The translations under genes and the position numbers were made by a program. From Puccinia triticina (taxonomy: Eukaryota), in contig CP110439.1 of NCBI GenBank assembly GCA_026914245.1, positions 6,820,001-6,884,000 on the forward strand: a DNA stretch of 64,000 nucleotides. The letters are read 5' to 3'. Positions 49,700 to 61,975 of the stretch are shown here, piece after piece. Each line of letters opens with the position of its first letter. Within the stretch, counting starts at the first letter, position 1. The notes below the pieces were generated by a model. It had not been told where the DNA came from. It saw nothing but the letters and a program-made list of their open reading frames with translations, and ran no database searches.

Positions 49700-51823
49700 G
49701 CGGAGCCGGTCAGCCATTCCTTGTGGATCAAGTTCAGACAAAATTTGATATACAACAAGTCTATATTGTGAGAGAAGATGGATTGTTAATATTTCTAATT
49801 CAGGGAGGTTGTAGGAAGAGAGAGAATTGAGAACCAACCTGGGTACATGGGTTTGGTATTCTTGCTTCAGAATGTTGTTCATTCTCCTATATCCAGCTGA
49901 TGTGGCCATTAATTGTGTTCTTGCATGTTCTATAAGGCATTTAACTTCTTCCCAGGTGACCTTTCCATCTGCAATATCATTCCTTCTCTGCTTCAAATCT
50001 AGTATAGCCAAGTATCTCTCCACTGTGCGCTGACACACTTTTTTACCTGTTTCAATGATAAGGCAAGAGTGAATTTCTGCAACAGTGAATCCTTGTTGGT
50101 GGGAAGAGAGTAGGGATGCTTGGATTTGTGGGAGAAGAGTAGAAGAGTTTGATGGTTTAGGGAGGTCACAATTTTGTAGTCCCCATTCAGCTTGCTTGCG
50201 GTTGAGTGTCCTCAGTCCTATCTTGTATCCACAATCTTGTTGAAGGAACCTGTAGATCTCTTTGCCAGTTTTTTGTTGAGATACCAAAGATGCAATAACC
50301 TCCTTGACATCCTCCTCGGAAAGGACCTGGGGGAAATCTGAGCGGTCTGGATAGCTGATGGTGGAATCATCTGAAGAGGAATCTTCATTGAAATGATTGG
50401 AGGATAGAGAGGATGACATGGTGAGGGATTGGTGGGATGCTGGTTTTGTAAATGTTCAAGGAGGTGATAGTATTATATCTGGAAGTGTGGGGATGATGGT
50501 TTCTGATGGAATATAACTGGTGTGTGGGAATGTGGTTTGATGGAAGGGTTTTAATGAAATTGATTGGTGGATGTTGTTTGATCTTTGATGTTGATTCCTA
50601 CGACCAAAAACAGAAAGCAAGAGGAAGTAGATGTTAATAAAACAGAAAACATCAATGGATTAAAAATTAAATATAACCAACCCTTCAAGATATGTATATC
50701 AATGGACAGGCAGCTGAAAGTAGTGAGGACAATGGACTAAAGGCAAGGGCTGATAGTAATGAAGATTGTGATCAGTTGGTCAATTTATGAATGTAGATGA
50801 TGAGACTGAAAAAAATAATGACAAACTTTATTGGCTATAGATATCTTATTGTATCAAAAGAGATAATAAGAAATGTCAAGGATCTAAGAAGTGAAGACTG
50901 AGAAATATTCAGAAGGGGAGATGGTTAGTTTGATGAGTTTTTAAAGGTTTTTGGGGAAGAGGAAACCAGAAAAGAAATGCATTGATGATCATTTCTCACC
51001 AAGTTGGAATCCAAATAAGGTGGTCCAATGTTGGCAGGTTGAGCAAAACTTGTTGATTGAGGAAGTTAGATTCCAGTTGGTAGAGGTTTAGATCAGAAAG
51101 ATGAACAGTTGAGTGAAATGAAGATGAGTTATTGAGCAAGGAAAATAAGGGGAGGAATTGTTGTGTGAGGGTTCTTTGAGTGGTGATTGTATTAGCTAGA
51201 GTAGCAAGCTGAGTATTGGTTTGGCTAGCAGGATGAAAGGAATATGTGAGGCCAGATAAAGTGAGAGGATGAAGGAATAATATTTCCAACTGCAGCTTCC
51301 TTTTATAAGAGATATGAGATTGTCTATATTAGCAAGTGGTCTGTTTCATTTGAACATGCCCAGCCCAAATTTTGATATTGGAAACAATATTTATCAATAC
51401 AAGGTTGGTTTTTCTCAGGCAACCACCTGGTCTGGTTGGTGTCCCACCAAGGGCTGTGAGTTGTGGGGTCACTCCTGGTTGAGCTTGTTAACCAGTCCAA
51501 TTCATTTATTGACTAAAATAGTCCAAGTCCTGGGCAATAGAATGTGCTGGTTTATGCTGGGGCTTCTCATGGACACCTTGGCCACCAAGTTGTCTGGTGG
51601 CCATGCTGATGATAGCTACATACCCGCAAATCCCACCTTGAGCGCCGGTTCAGTGGCAAGCCTACTTACTTCGGGCCCGGCACGGGCGCCTGCGACAACA
51701 CAAACTCGCAGAGCGACTTCATCGTGGCTATGAATCAAGCACAGGTCTGCTGCCATTTTGCTTTCCCTTGCGCCCCTGGCTTGTCAAGAATACTGAACTT
51801 TTCTCTCTCTTTCTCGGAATAGT

Positions 51824-52921
51824 CACCAGGGGAAATATGTTCCCACTCCCCAGGGAGTGCCTTACCGTAACTTTTTTCCATAACTGTGCTGGCGGCCTTT
51901 GGTAAAGCAATATTGAATAGGTATGAACAAGAATGGAAGTCAGCGTGGAAATCAGTTGGAAATCATCCTGAAATAAACCATAACTTGCCAAAAAATCATC
52001 CAGAACTCATCTTTAATTCATCCAGAACTCATCCAGAATATAGTCCTTTCTTGGCTCCATGACCAGTTTGTCCTTTCCATGGAGATGTGAAAGGCCCAGC
52101 CTGTGATTTTTTCCCCCTCATGTACTCGTGTACATCAGGGGGACAATTGGTGTCTCAAAACAAATTTTTTACTTTTCATGTGGCTGTGAAAGGCCCATCC
52201 TGTGATATTTCCACCTCAATGTACGCGCGTACATCCGGGTGACTATTAGCAAAGTGCAAAAAGGTTAACTTGCATGTGCACATGTGAATTTTGAAAAGCA
52301 AAAAAATACAAAATTCACTAGATCATTTTCGTGAGGAGGACAGGATATATGGCCAAAGTGAATTGGCACCTCAATCCAACCTTGACTTAACTCAGACTTT
52401 CACCCTATTAAAACAGTTTTTTGTCATTTTTATCAGCCAAATTCAAATTAATTCCCGCATTTCCAAGAAAATGGGTTTCAATTTCAATGACTGCAACATT
52501 ACCACATTCCAAAAATCTAAACCCAATAATACCAAGTCAACTTTTAGTTTAATTTTGTACATCAGGGCATATAATGTGAATTACAAGAAACCCATTTTTT
52601 CGGAGGAATTACTTTTGAGAATGGGAATTTTGCTTTGCTATCCTTAAAAATCAGTAAACAGGAGCAATTGATGAGTTGGACTTCGGTGAAATATCATTTC
52701 ATCATATTTCTTCCTACAGTTGTACATAGAAAACAAAAGAATTCTACACAACATTGTGTTGACTTGCAAATCAATTGTAACTGACTTTTCACTAACTTCT
52801 CCATCCAATTTACTATTTTGGGGATGAGTTAATAATCCACATCAGGCTCACATCCGACCAAAACTCACATAAAATTCAGCTCTGGCACTCCCTGGGGAGT
52901 GGGAACATATCTCCCCTGGTG
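51824..52921. mobile_element. CACC-ended (CACTA-like) non-autonomous element
   Basis: ~38-bp TIR CACCAGGGGA(A/G)ATATGTTCCCACTCCCCAGGGAGTGCC; 3-bp TSD AGT. Confidence 0.9.
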
Positions 52922-54395
52922 AGTGCGAGGGCGGCTTGCCGTGTCATAAGACGGTCTCCATAACCATCACATTCCTTGGTTGTTTACGTTTTTTGATGGT
53001 GTTGGCGTGAGTCAATGATTCGGGAATACATATGTAAGGCAAGAGTGGTGGGTGGAGAGCGCAACTTCGCTGCAGTGCAACGGTAGCGTTGCCATAGAGG
53101 GAATGCTGTCTATGTACATATTTATTTTTATGGGACCGGCGGCCAATCCGAGGTCTGGTCCGACTCAGTGCGGAGTGTGCGCGGTCCTGATCAGCGGGCC
53201 TGGCCCGGAGTTCATGGGCTTGTTCTGGGCGGAAGGGGTCGGGGGGCATGCCCTTCAAACCCAAGAAGGTTGTGATCGTGGTTTAGACTGCAGTATCTAT
53301 TTACGGCAGCCTGTATGCCGCATATGCATCTGACACAAGTGTCAGAAATCATTTTTTGTTTTTGTTTTGGGTGACACAACCAATGTTGGGCCAGGTCCAC
53401 CGTACAAATGTCTTGTAAAACTAAGAGTCAGTTGGTCCAATTTCACCGCGTTTCAAGGCCGGAGACGTGTGTAACTGCTCAGTTTGTGGATCACTATCAG
53501 GTGTTGGGTACAGAAGCCCTGGACCGACACAAATTGCGCCATCGATTTCTGACATTGAATTTGGTTTCTGACTTTGGGTTTCACCTTTGGTATACAAAGA
53601 TGTCAGTCGGACTTCCCAAGCCGGCATCTGTACAGATTTTGTAATCACATAACCCAAAACTACAAAACTTTGGGGTGTTGCCTTCGATCTCATGGGCCTT
53701 GATGGCCCGCCCACCATGTCAACCCGCATCGAAGTCAGCTTACATAGCAGATTTTCATTGGTGGTAGCTCAGTCCAAGGGCAAAGAGCATCTTGACCCCT
53801 GCAGTAACCAAGAAGATGGCTGTCAAGACACCATTGGTGATTGTAAGCCCCTTAGTGTAACGACTCGCACGTGTTGGGCGCTTTATTTCGCGCTTTGTAA
53901 GCCTTATCAGATGTTTATTACTGACGGCTTCTTAATTAGTTTTCTGCGTGGTTAATCACGCAGGCGGGGTTCTAGCTAAATTCAATCAAGTAATGATGAC
54001 ATAGTTCTATTTTGTGTTGCGTCATCGGTTTGTTATTTAGATTCCGGATTGTATTTAATTCATCTTTCCGTTCCTCTTTTCCTTTTGTTTCCTTTCTTCT
54101 TTCTCATCGATATATTCTTCTCATTGTGTTCATCATCAAGAGTTGTTATCCGAGGAAATCTTACTTCGGAAATCAAAAAATAACTCTATCATTCAAAAGT
54201 TAGTTCCTCTGCAGATCGCATTGAACTATCATCTTAGTTATTACTTAAGCACCGGCGAACTATCCTCTTGGATAGTTTCAAAGCCTATATATAGCGAATT
54301 GAGTAATAGCCAAGCCTTCACAATTATATATCAATCTTCCAGAAAAACAACCTTATATACATCCATATACATATTATAATTTTTTTTTTTTTGCC

Positions 54396-55868
54396 ATGTC
54401 GGAACCTTTGGTCATTTCTCCAATCACACCGGTTCGAGTTTCGCCAAGATTTTCACCTTCACCACCTCCGGCTCAATCCACCGGTCCACAAGCGATTCAC
54501 CCACCAATTCGCCCTCATTCGACTTCATTTTTTTCCACCAACTCTCCATCTCCTTTCAATCACAATTCTCCAACGTTTATCAACTTTTCGCCTTTTCCTA
54601 TTCCAGGACATGACTTACCGATTCCGGGTGTTGATGTTCCTTTTGCGGGTCCGATCGGCCAAATTACTGTTGCGGGGGCAAGCGGTCATCAAGGTGGTCA
54701 ACAAGATGAAGATATTTCGGCACTTTTATCAAATTTATGTGTCAAAAATTTGGCTCAATCGTCTCAAATTCAAAGTCAGGCGGCCTCTATTGCCCTTCTA
54801 TCCGCGCAGGCTCAACAAGATAAGAAGGCTATCAAGGACTTACAATCAGACAATAAGAACATCAAGGACGTTTTTCACGGCGAGCTCCTCAAGTTTCAAT
54901 TGTCACAAAACAAATCGCTAGCTCATTTGCGTGGAATGTTTGACGGTTTCAAAGAAGGCTTTGACAGCAGAGTGGGTCGTTTGGAATTAAAACCGTTGGT
55001 CCAAGAGCATCCCAGGATTTTCATTGAGCCTCCTCATGAGGCCGGCGTCTATTTTACCGGAATGCCTCGAGAAACTAACAATTTTTGTTTCTCTATGAGG
55101 AATGCTTTTGAGCAAATCGGCGAGCAGTTTAATTCTGAGAAACAGAAGGTTCTTTGGATTTCTGGCTACTTCCGTTCCAACACTGGCAGCATGGAAGAAT
55201 CAGTCCCTTCTTTTGTTTGGTGGCGAGGATTACTCTCTGAGAATGTGTCAGCCCTTGGTTTGCCAACCTTGAAGGCGTCGGCCAAGATGGAATATGTTTT
55301 ACCCCAGCTCCGCTATTGTGAATCCTTCATTACGGCAATTGAGCACACTTTTGAAGACCATCATGAGTTGGAACGTGCGGAGGCGGCTTTCTTTGCGGTT
55401 CGACAGGGTAATAAGACCATTGAGGAGTTCAATATCCTTTTTAACGCCCTCCTTCATCCCTTGAAATTGACCGATCGATCTAAGTGTGTGGCTTACAATA
55501 AGGCAATCGATCCCAACATCATCAAACTGGCTTTGTTCCGAGGTCGCTGGGATGAGAGTTTTACCTTGGAAGCCCGCCAAGAGATTGCGGAGACCGTCGC
55601 CAAGAATGTCGCCAGTGTCAGTAAGACCCTTGATCCGCGAAGCGCTCAAAAGCAACAGGGCGGTCAGGGTTCGCATGGTGGTCACCCTTCAGACAATCGT
55701 GTTCGCCAAGAAAGTCGTACTCGTCCTTCTGTTCAATCAGCGACTCCTCGACCACCACAACATTCAAAGCTTCCAGACGGTGATCCAATGGATGTCAATG
55801 AAGTATTGGCCTTGTTGAAAGAAGCAGATTTCAGTCATCAGGATTTTTGTCAAGCTTGCGTGGACTGA
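54396..55868 (+). CDS. Gag of Gypsy element 2 (prematurely stopped before the Cys knuckle)
   Basis: Homologous to gag 1 (QKVLWISGYF, PSFVWWRGLL, DPMDV). Confidence 0.8.
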   Translation: MSEPLVISPITPVRVSPRFSPSPPPAQSTGPQAIHPPIRPHSTSFFSTNSPSPFNHNSPTFINFSPFPIPGHDLPIPGVDVPFAGPIGQITVAGASGHQGGQQDEDISALLSNLCVKNLAQSSQIQSQAASIALLSAQAQQDKKAIKDLQSDNKNIKDVFHGELLKFQLSQNKSLAHLRGMFDGFKEGFDSRVGRLELKPLVQEHPRIFIEPPHEAGVYFTGMPRETNNFCFSMRNAFEQIGEQFNSEKQKVLWISGYFRSNTGSMEESVPSFVWWRGLLSENVSALGLPTLKASAKMEYVLPQLRYCESFITAIEHTFEDHHELERAEAAFFAVRQGNKTIEEFNILFNALLHPLKLTDRSKCVAYNKAIDPNIIKLALFRGRWDESFTLEARQEIAETVAKNVASVSKTLDPRSAQKQQGGQGSHGGHPSDNRVRQESRTRPSVQSATPRPPQHSKLPDGDPMDVNEVLALLKEADFSHQDFCQACVD

Positions 55869-56229
55869 AATATTTGTATACGCTGTGGGGGTACTTACGA
55901 TAATGCTCATTACCTTAAGCAGGGTTTCACTTTAGGCGCGGACATATCATTGATCTCTCAGACATGTTGGAGCTGTGGAAAGAATGGGGAGGCGCTACAC
56001 GGAGAAGCAGGACAAAGAAGCGTTCCGAATCCAAATGGGCTCCCAAAAACCGTTGAGCAGGACCTTCTGTAGTTCCACCAAGCCATCATCAACATGAGAG
56101 TAGCGGTACTTCTTCCCCAATTTGCTGAGACGACAAAGGCAAGAAGCGTCAGTCGGTGGCGGAGGTGGACGGTTTACCATTCAAAAAGAGGTTCTCAGGC
56201 GGAGGCGGTGGATTCAGGGTTATCGGCAG

Positions 56230-59200
56230 ATATGGTGAATTTGGAGGGGATGGAGAACATGGACGACATGTCAGCGGGTGAGATTTTTTTTAATGCCTGC
56301 TTGGCAGAAAAGATGAGCCCGACGGAATGTAAGCACTATCATTTTGTTAAGAAGTCACCCCGTCAAGATAATAGACCATTTTTTAATGGAAGTTTGCTGA
56401 TAAATAAGAGAGAAAAGGCTGATGTTTATGTATTGGTTGACTTGGGGGCTTTGGCTTTGTTTATTGATTCTTTTTATGCTCAAAGGATTAAAATAGAGAT
56501 TTTCCCTTTGGCAACGGGCCTTTGCTGCAACTCTTTCGACGGCACACTGGCATCTTTGGGGGAAATTCTTTCTTATGCAAAAGGAAATATTATTATCCCC
56601 ACTTTATCTGGTTCCTTTTTGTGTTCTTGTGTTAAATTATACTTAACAAAATTAGCTTCTGCGGACATTATCTTAGGAAATTCGTGGTTAGCAGACACGG
56701 GGTCTTTTGTAGGAGGATTGGAGAGTGATGTTGTAATGTATGATAGTATTCAGCAGATAAATGAAATGGAATGCAACGAAGCTTGTTTGCTTACAGAAAA
56801 GTTTTCTGATGTTTTTGTCACTGAGTCTTTGGCCGAGTTACCACCCCACAGGGAACAATTTGATTGTGTTGTTAATTTGAAGGACGGTGCAGTTCCCCCT
56901 TTTGGGAAAATGTACAACTTAAGCAAGGCGGAAAGCAACGAGTTGAAGACTTATGTGGACAAGAATCTAGATAAGGCTATCTTCCTCTTCCGCTGCGGCT
57001 CCTATTTTTTATGTTAAAGTTCCCGGTAAAGCTAACAGACCTTGTGTTGATTACCGTCTTCTTAACAATATGACAGTTAGGGACTCTTATCCATTGCCGG
57101 TAATCGCTCACCTGTTAAATAACTTGCAAGGTTGTGAGTTTCTGTCAAAAATAGATTTGAAAGTGGCGTTCAACCTTCTGCGCGTGGCGGACGGGCATGA
57201 ATGGAAGGCTGCTTTTCGGACTCCTTGGGGCTTATGCAAGTATCAGGTTATGCCTTTTGGGATGGCTAACGCACCCGCAACTTTTCAATGTTTTATTCAA
57301 CACATATTAAGAGAGGGGTCAGCCTAAATGCACTCCAAAAAAATCCCAAAAGCACTCCAAAAGTGAGTGTATGGAGTGTGCACTCCAATGATTGTTGGAG
57401 TACAGACTAGAGTACTCCAAGTCAATTGGAGTGCAGAACCGGGGACTCAAGACTCTTTGGAGTGCACCACAAAGAACTCCAGTGGCCAGGAAATGTAATG
57501 AGTGCCCATGAGTCTCACTCCATCAGATTGGAGTGCATTCCCCCAGCACTCCATTCCTGATATTTCTCCTCCTCAAAAGGGGAGTGCAGTACTGTGCACT
57601 CCAGCCAGATCTGGAGTGCCTACAACTTCAACTGGGCTATGTACAAACACACCCCACTTGATCCTCCTGATATCCATGACCGGTACAGACCGGCATTGAG
57701 CGGATTAACATCTTCTCTCAATGACCAGTCTGTACCGGACCGCCGGTCATTCAGGGAAATCACAGAAATCACACCTCTTGATGACCGGTCTGTGCCGGTC
57801 ATCGAGGGGAGTAACATCTCCTCTTGATAACCGGTCTGTGCCGGTCACCGAGGGGACTCACACCTCTCGATGACCGGCACGGACCGGTCACACCTCCCGA
57901 TGACCGGCACAGACCGGTCATCGAGGGGACTCACACCTCGATGATCGGTCACACCGGTCATCAAGGCTAATAACACCTCCTCTCGATGACCGGTCATCAC
58001 CGGTCATCGAGGTGAGTCACATCTCTCGATGACCGGTCAGACCGGTCATCGAGGGTAATAACACCTCTCGATGACCGGTGATGACCGGTCATCGAGGTGA
58101 GTCACATTTCTCGATGACCGGTCAGACCGGTCATCGAGGGTAATAACACCTCTCGATGACCGGTGTGTACCAGTCATTGAGGGGAGGTGCTACTCTCAAT
58201 GACCGGTCGGTCTGACCGGTCATCAAGAGGAGGTGCTGCTCCCCTTGGTGACCGGCACAGACCGGTCATCAAAGGGACTCAACCTCTCGATGCTCCCGAT
58301 GACCGGTCAGACCGGTCATCGAGGGTAATAACACTCGATGACCGGTGATGACCGGTCATTGAGAGGTGTGAGTCCTCTCGATGACCGGTGAGACCGATAA
58401 TCAAGAGGTGTGAGTCCTCTTGATGACCGGTGAGACCGATCATCGAGAGGTGTGAGTCCTCTTGATGACCGGTGAGACCAATCATCGAGAGGTGTGAGTC
58501 CTCTCAATGACTGGTCTGTGCCGGTCATCGGGAGGTGTGACTGATGACCGGTCTGTGCCGGTCATCGGGAGGTGTGACTGATGACCGGTCCACGCCGGTC
58601 ATTGAGAGGTGGGAGTCCCCTCGATGACCGGTAAAGACCGGTCATCAAGAGTAGCACCTCCTCTTGTTGACCGGTACACACCGGTCATCAAGAGGTGTGA
58701 CTGATGACCAGTCCGCGCCGGTCATCGAGAGGTATGAGTCCTCTGGATGACCAGTCGTGTGAGTCCCCTCAATGACCGGTCCAGACCGGTCATCAAGAAG
58801 TGTGATTGCTGTGGGCACTCCAAAAAAAAGGAGACTTGGAGTGCACCCCAATGCACTCCATTTGGTATTTGCTAGCTGGAGTGCAAAGCCAAAATCCTTC
58901 ACTGAAAAGGTGGAGTGCTTGGGCTTGAACTCCATTTTTTTTGGAGTGCATCTAGCTGCACTCCCCTATTTTGGTCAATTTTGGAGTACCCAGTTGTGTA
59001 CTCCAAGAACCATGGAGTGCCCATCTGGGGACTCCATGTTTTGGGAGTACAAAATCAAGGCACTCAAACTTTTTTGGAGTGCTGGCCCCCCAAAGCCAAA
59101 AATGTGGAGTGCATGAAGTAAAAGTTTGGAGTGCATTTAGGCTGACCCTAAGAGAGTTCCTTGACGTTTCTTGTTTTGTTTATATTGATGATATTCTTAT

Positions 59201-61450
59201 ATTTTCCAAAACCAGGCAACAGCATTTGCTTGACCTGGAAAATATTCTGCAGAAACTCCGTGAATTTTTGTTGAAGGCTTCATTGGCGAAATGCGAGTTC
59301 TTTTGCTCTAAAGTTACGTTTTTAGGGTTTGATATTACGGAAAAAGGTTTAAGGATGAATGAAAAAAAGTTTTTAACCATTAAGGATTGGCCCTTTCTGG
59401 CGACTGTAAGAGGTTTGCAAAAATTTTTGGGGTTTACTAATTTTTACAGACGATTTATTCCCCGGTTTTCTACGGTTGCGGGCCCATTGACTACTTTAAC
59501 ACAGGAAAAATATAGTGATTCTACGGCACTCGACTCAGAAGAGGCTGTTAAATCGCAATTGCGGCGGTATTGAGTCAACCGAATGACACTGGGGACGTTT
59601 TGCCAGTCAGTTATTTTTTGCGGAAGCTAACTGAGAGAGAGTGTTTGTGAAAAGTTTTTGACCTGGAACTCTTGGCCATCTTGTTGGCTTGCCAAGAGTG
59701 GCAAGCTTGGTTAATGGATACACAGAGGCCGGTTCAGATGTTTTCTGATCATTTGAATTTGCTTTATTTTAAAACAGCTAAGTATTTGTTGCCAAAGCAA
59801 GCTTGCTGGGCGCTGTTTTTGGATAATTTCAATATGCTGATTTATCATATTGCTGGTTATAAGAATCCAGCAGATGGCCCGAGTCAAAGAGAAGATTATT
59901 TTGAAGAGCGGGTTTGGAATACTGATGCAAATCTTATTTCAAGTAGGATGGTTTCTTGTGATGAAGTGACAGCTGAGGATTTGTTGCCTTTCTCGACTCA
60001 TGATTTGTTTTTTCAGCGCCCTTATGGCGACTTGCTGAATTATTTCGGAAAGGTTTACACCGATGAAGAGAAATCGGGAAAGGCTTTGTGATTTGCGGAC
60101 AACGTTTATTGGCATGCAGGTAGGATCCTTGTACCGGCGGCGTTAAGGACTCATTTGATTTCTTTATATCATGATTCCCCTACTGTAGGGCACCCAGGAA
60201 TCGGCAGAACTTTATCAACGCTGACGCAAAATTTTTCGTGGCCGGGAATAAAGTCCTCTGTGATTAACTACGTCAAGAGTTGTGACTCTTGTCAACAAGT
60301 TAAAGGGCGGCGGCAGGTACCGGACGGAAAATTGGTCCCCATTGTCGCGAATCCTAGGCCTTGGAGCGTAATGGGAATGGATATGATAGTAAAGTTACCG
60401 CTTTTGGGTGGTTTTGACTCAATTTTAGTTGTGATTGATCTCTTGAGCAAGCTGACTCATTTTATTCCGTGCAAAGAAGCATCTTCGTCGGCTGTTTTGG
60501 CGGATTTGTTTAGGAAGAATGTTTTTCAACTGCATGGTCTTCCCAATAAGATTGTTTCAGATAGAGGGAGTACATTTGTGAGCGAGTTCTGGAAGGCTTT
60601 ATTGAAATCCTTAAGTATCCTTCCTGCTTTGTCAACGGCTTATCATCCGCAGACAGACGGTCAGACCAAAAGAATGAACCAGGTCGTGGAAGACTATCTC
60701 CGGCATTTCTGCTCTTACTATCAAGGCAATTGGCACAAGTGTTTGGAAATGGCTGAATTTTCTATTAACAATTTGGATTTGGCAAGTACAAAGATTTCCC
60801 CTTTTTTCTTTACATACGGGTTTCATCCAAGATTTAACGTGATTACCAAAAATACTGGGAGGAAGGATTTAGATGGCTACCTTGAGGATTTGCAGGTGAC
60901 GCAAGAAACGGCTATGGAGTGCTTGCAACAAGCAAGGGTAAAACAAGCCGAGTATTATAATAAGGGTAAGAAGGATGCGCCTGTTTATAACAAGGGGGAC
61001 AAAGTTCTTCTTTTACGCAAGTTCATACAGTTGCGACGAATCAACTCAAAGCTGGACTACCACTACATAGGGCCGTTTAAGGTTCTTAAGATGGTCGGCA
61101 ATAATGTGGTGATTTTAGATTTGCCTAGGGATTATCCAAAATTGCATCCAGTATTTAACGTGTCATTGCTAACTCGTTACATGAATCCAAACTCTGTAGT
61201 GGGGCGTGCGACGGATACAGGTATTAAAGAGCGTTATTATACTGAAGATCAGATTGTTGATTGGAGAAAGATAAAAGCATTTTTAGATGTCCGAAGCGCT
61301 AACAAGGGAAAATTTGATTATTTAATTTCATGGCAGAATTTGACTCCGGGCAAGGATACTTGGGTTTTGGAGCGGCACATTCCAATTGCAGCGGATCCTT
61401 ATTTACAAGATTTTGGAAGAAGTCTGAACTACAAAAGAAAAGAAAGGTAA
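56230..61450 (+). pseudogene. Pol of Gypsy element 2 (PR, RT, RH, IN, chromodomain), disrupted
   Basis: VLVDLGA, VYIDDILIF, IVSDRG, YLISWQ..DTWV; deletions, stops and a 1.8 kb insertion in RT. Confidence 0.92.
57316..59148. mobile_element. Non-autonomous TIR element (MULE- or hAT-like) with an internal palindrome array
   Basis: TIR GGGTCAGCCTAAATGCACTCCAAA; 8-bp TSD TAAGAGAG; removal restores RT frame HILREFLDV. Confidence 0.92.
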
Positions 61451-61508
61451 AGAACGCCAAGGCGTTAGTAATTACTGACGATTTGAAGGTAATAGGCGAG
61501 TCTTAATT

Positions 61509-61975
61509 TGTAACGACTTGCACGTGTTAAGCGCTTTATTTTGCGCTTTGTAAGCCTTATCAGATGTTTATTACTGACGGCTTCTTAATTCGTTTTCTGC
61601 GTGGTTAATCACGCAGGCGAGGTTCCAGCTAAATTTGATCAAATAATGATGACGTAGTTCTATTTTGTGTTGCGTCATTGGTTTGTTATTTAGATTCCGG
61701 ATCGTATTTAATTCATCTTTCCGTTCCTCTTTTCCTTTTGTTTCCTTTCTTCTTTCTCATCGATATATTCTTCTCATTGTGTTCATCATCAAGAGTTTTT
61801 ATCCAAGGAAATCTTACTTTGGAAATCAAAAAATAACTCTATCATTCAAAATTTAGTTCCTCTGCAGATCGCATTGAACTATCATCTTAGTTATTACTTA
61901 AGCACCGGCGAACTATCCTCTTGGATAGTTTCAAAGCCTATATATAGCGAATTGAGTAATGGCCGAGCCTTCACA
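61509..61975 (+). repeat. 3' LTR of Gypsy element 2
   Basis: Direct repeat of 53856-54322. Confidence 0.95.

Larger units (their letters stand above)
43874..50419 (-). pseudogene. Integrase-core (IS3EU-type) DDE transposase, interrupted
   Basis: Reconstructs as ...AGYRRM...ELDPQGMADRLRHACK..THGPNHIW*ANGHDKLKPYGITVYGFIDAWSRKILG...TTDSRTE...KSTHNQKIKSLW across two insertions and introns. Confidence 0.85.
42598..53404 (-). mobile_element. IS3EU-type DNA transposon with four nested insertions
   Basis: TACGGTGGACCTGGCCC...GGGCCAGGTCCACCGTA; long TIRs (~400 bp); 6-bp TSD CAAATG (42592-42597, 53405-53410); integrase-type DDE gene inside. Confidence 0.85.
53856..61975 (+). mobile_element. Second Ty3/Gypsy chromovirus, degenerate
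   Basis: 467-bp LTRs at 53856-54322 and 61509-61975; TSD CTTAG/CTCAG (one mismatch); gag-pol with many stops and frameshifts. Confidence 0.95.

Noticed and set aside
57670..58800. CRISPR-like array
   Set aside because: Linkers are themselves repetitive, there are no cas genes, and the array lies inside a eukaryotic TIR element with a TSD
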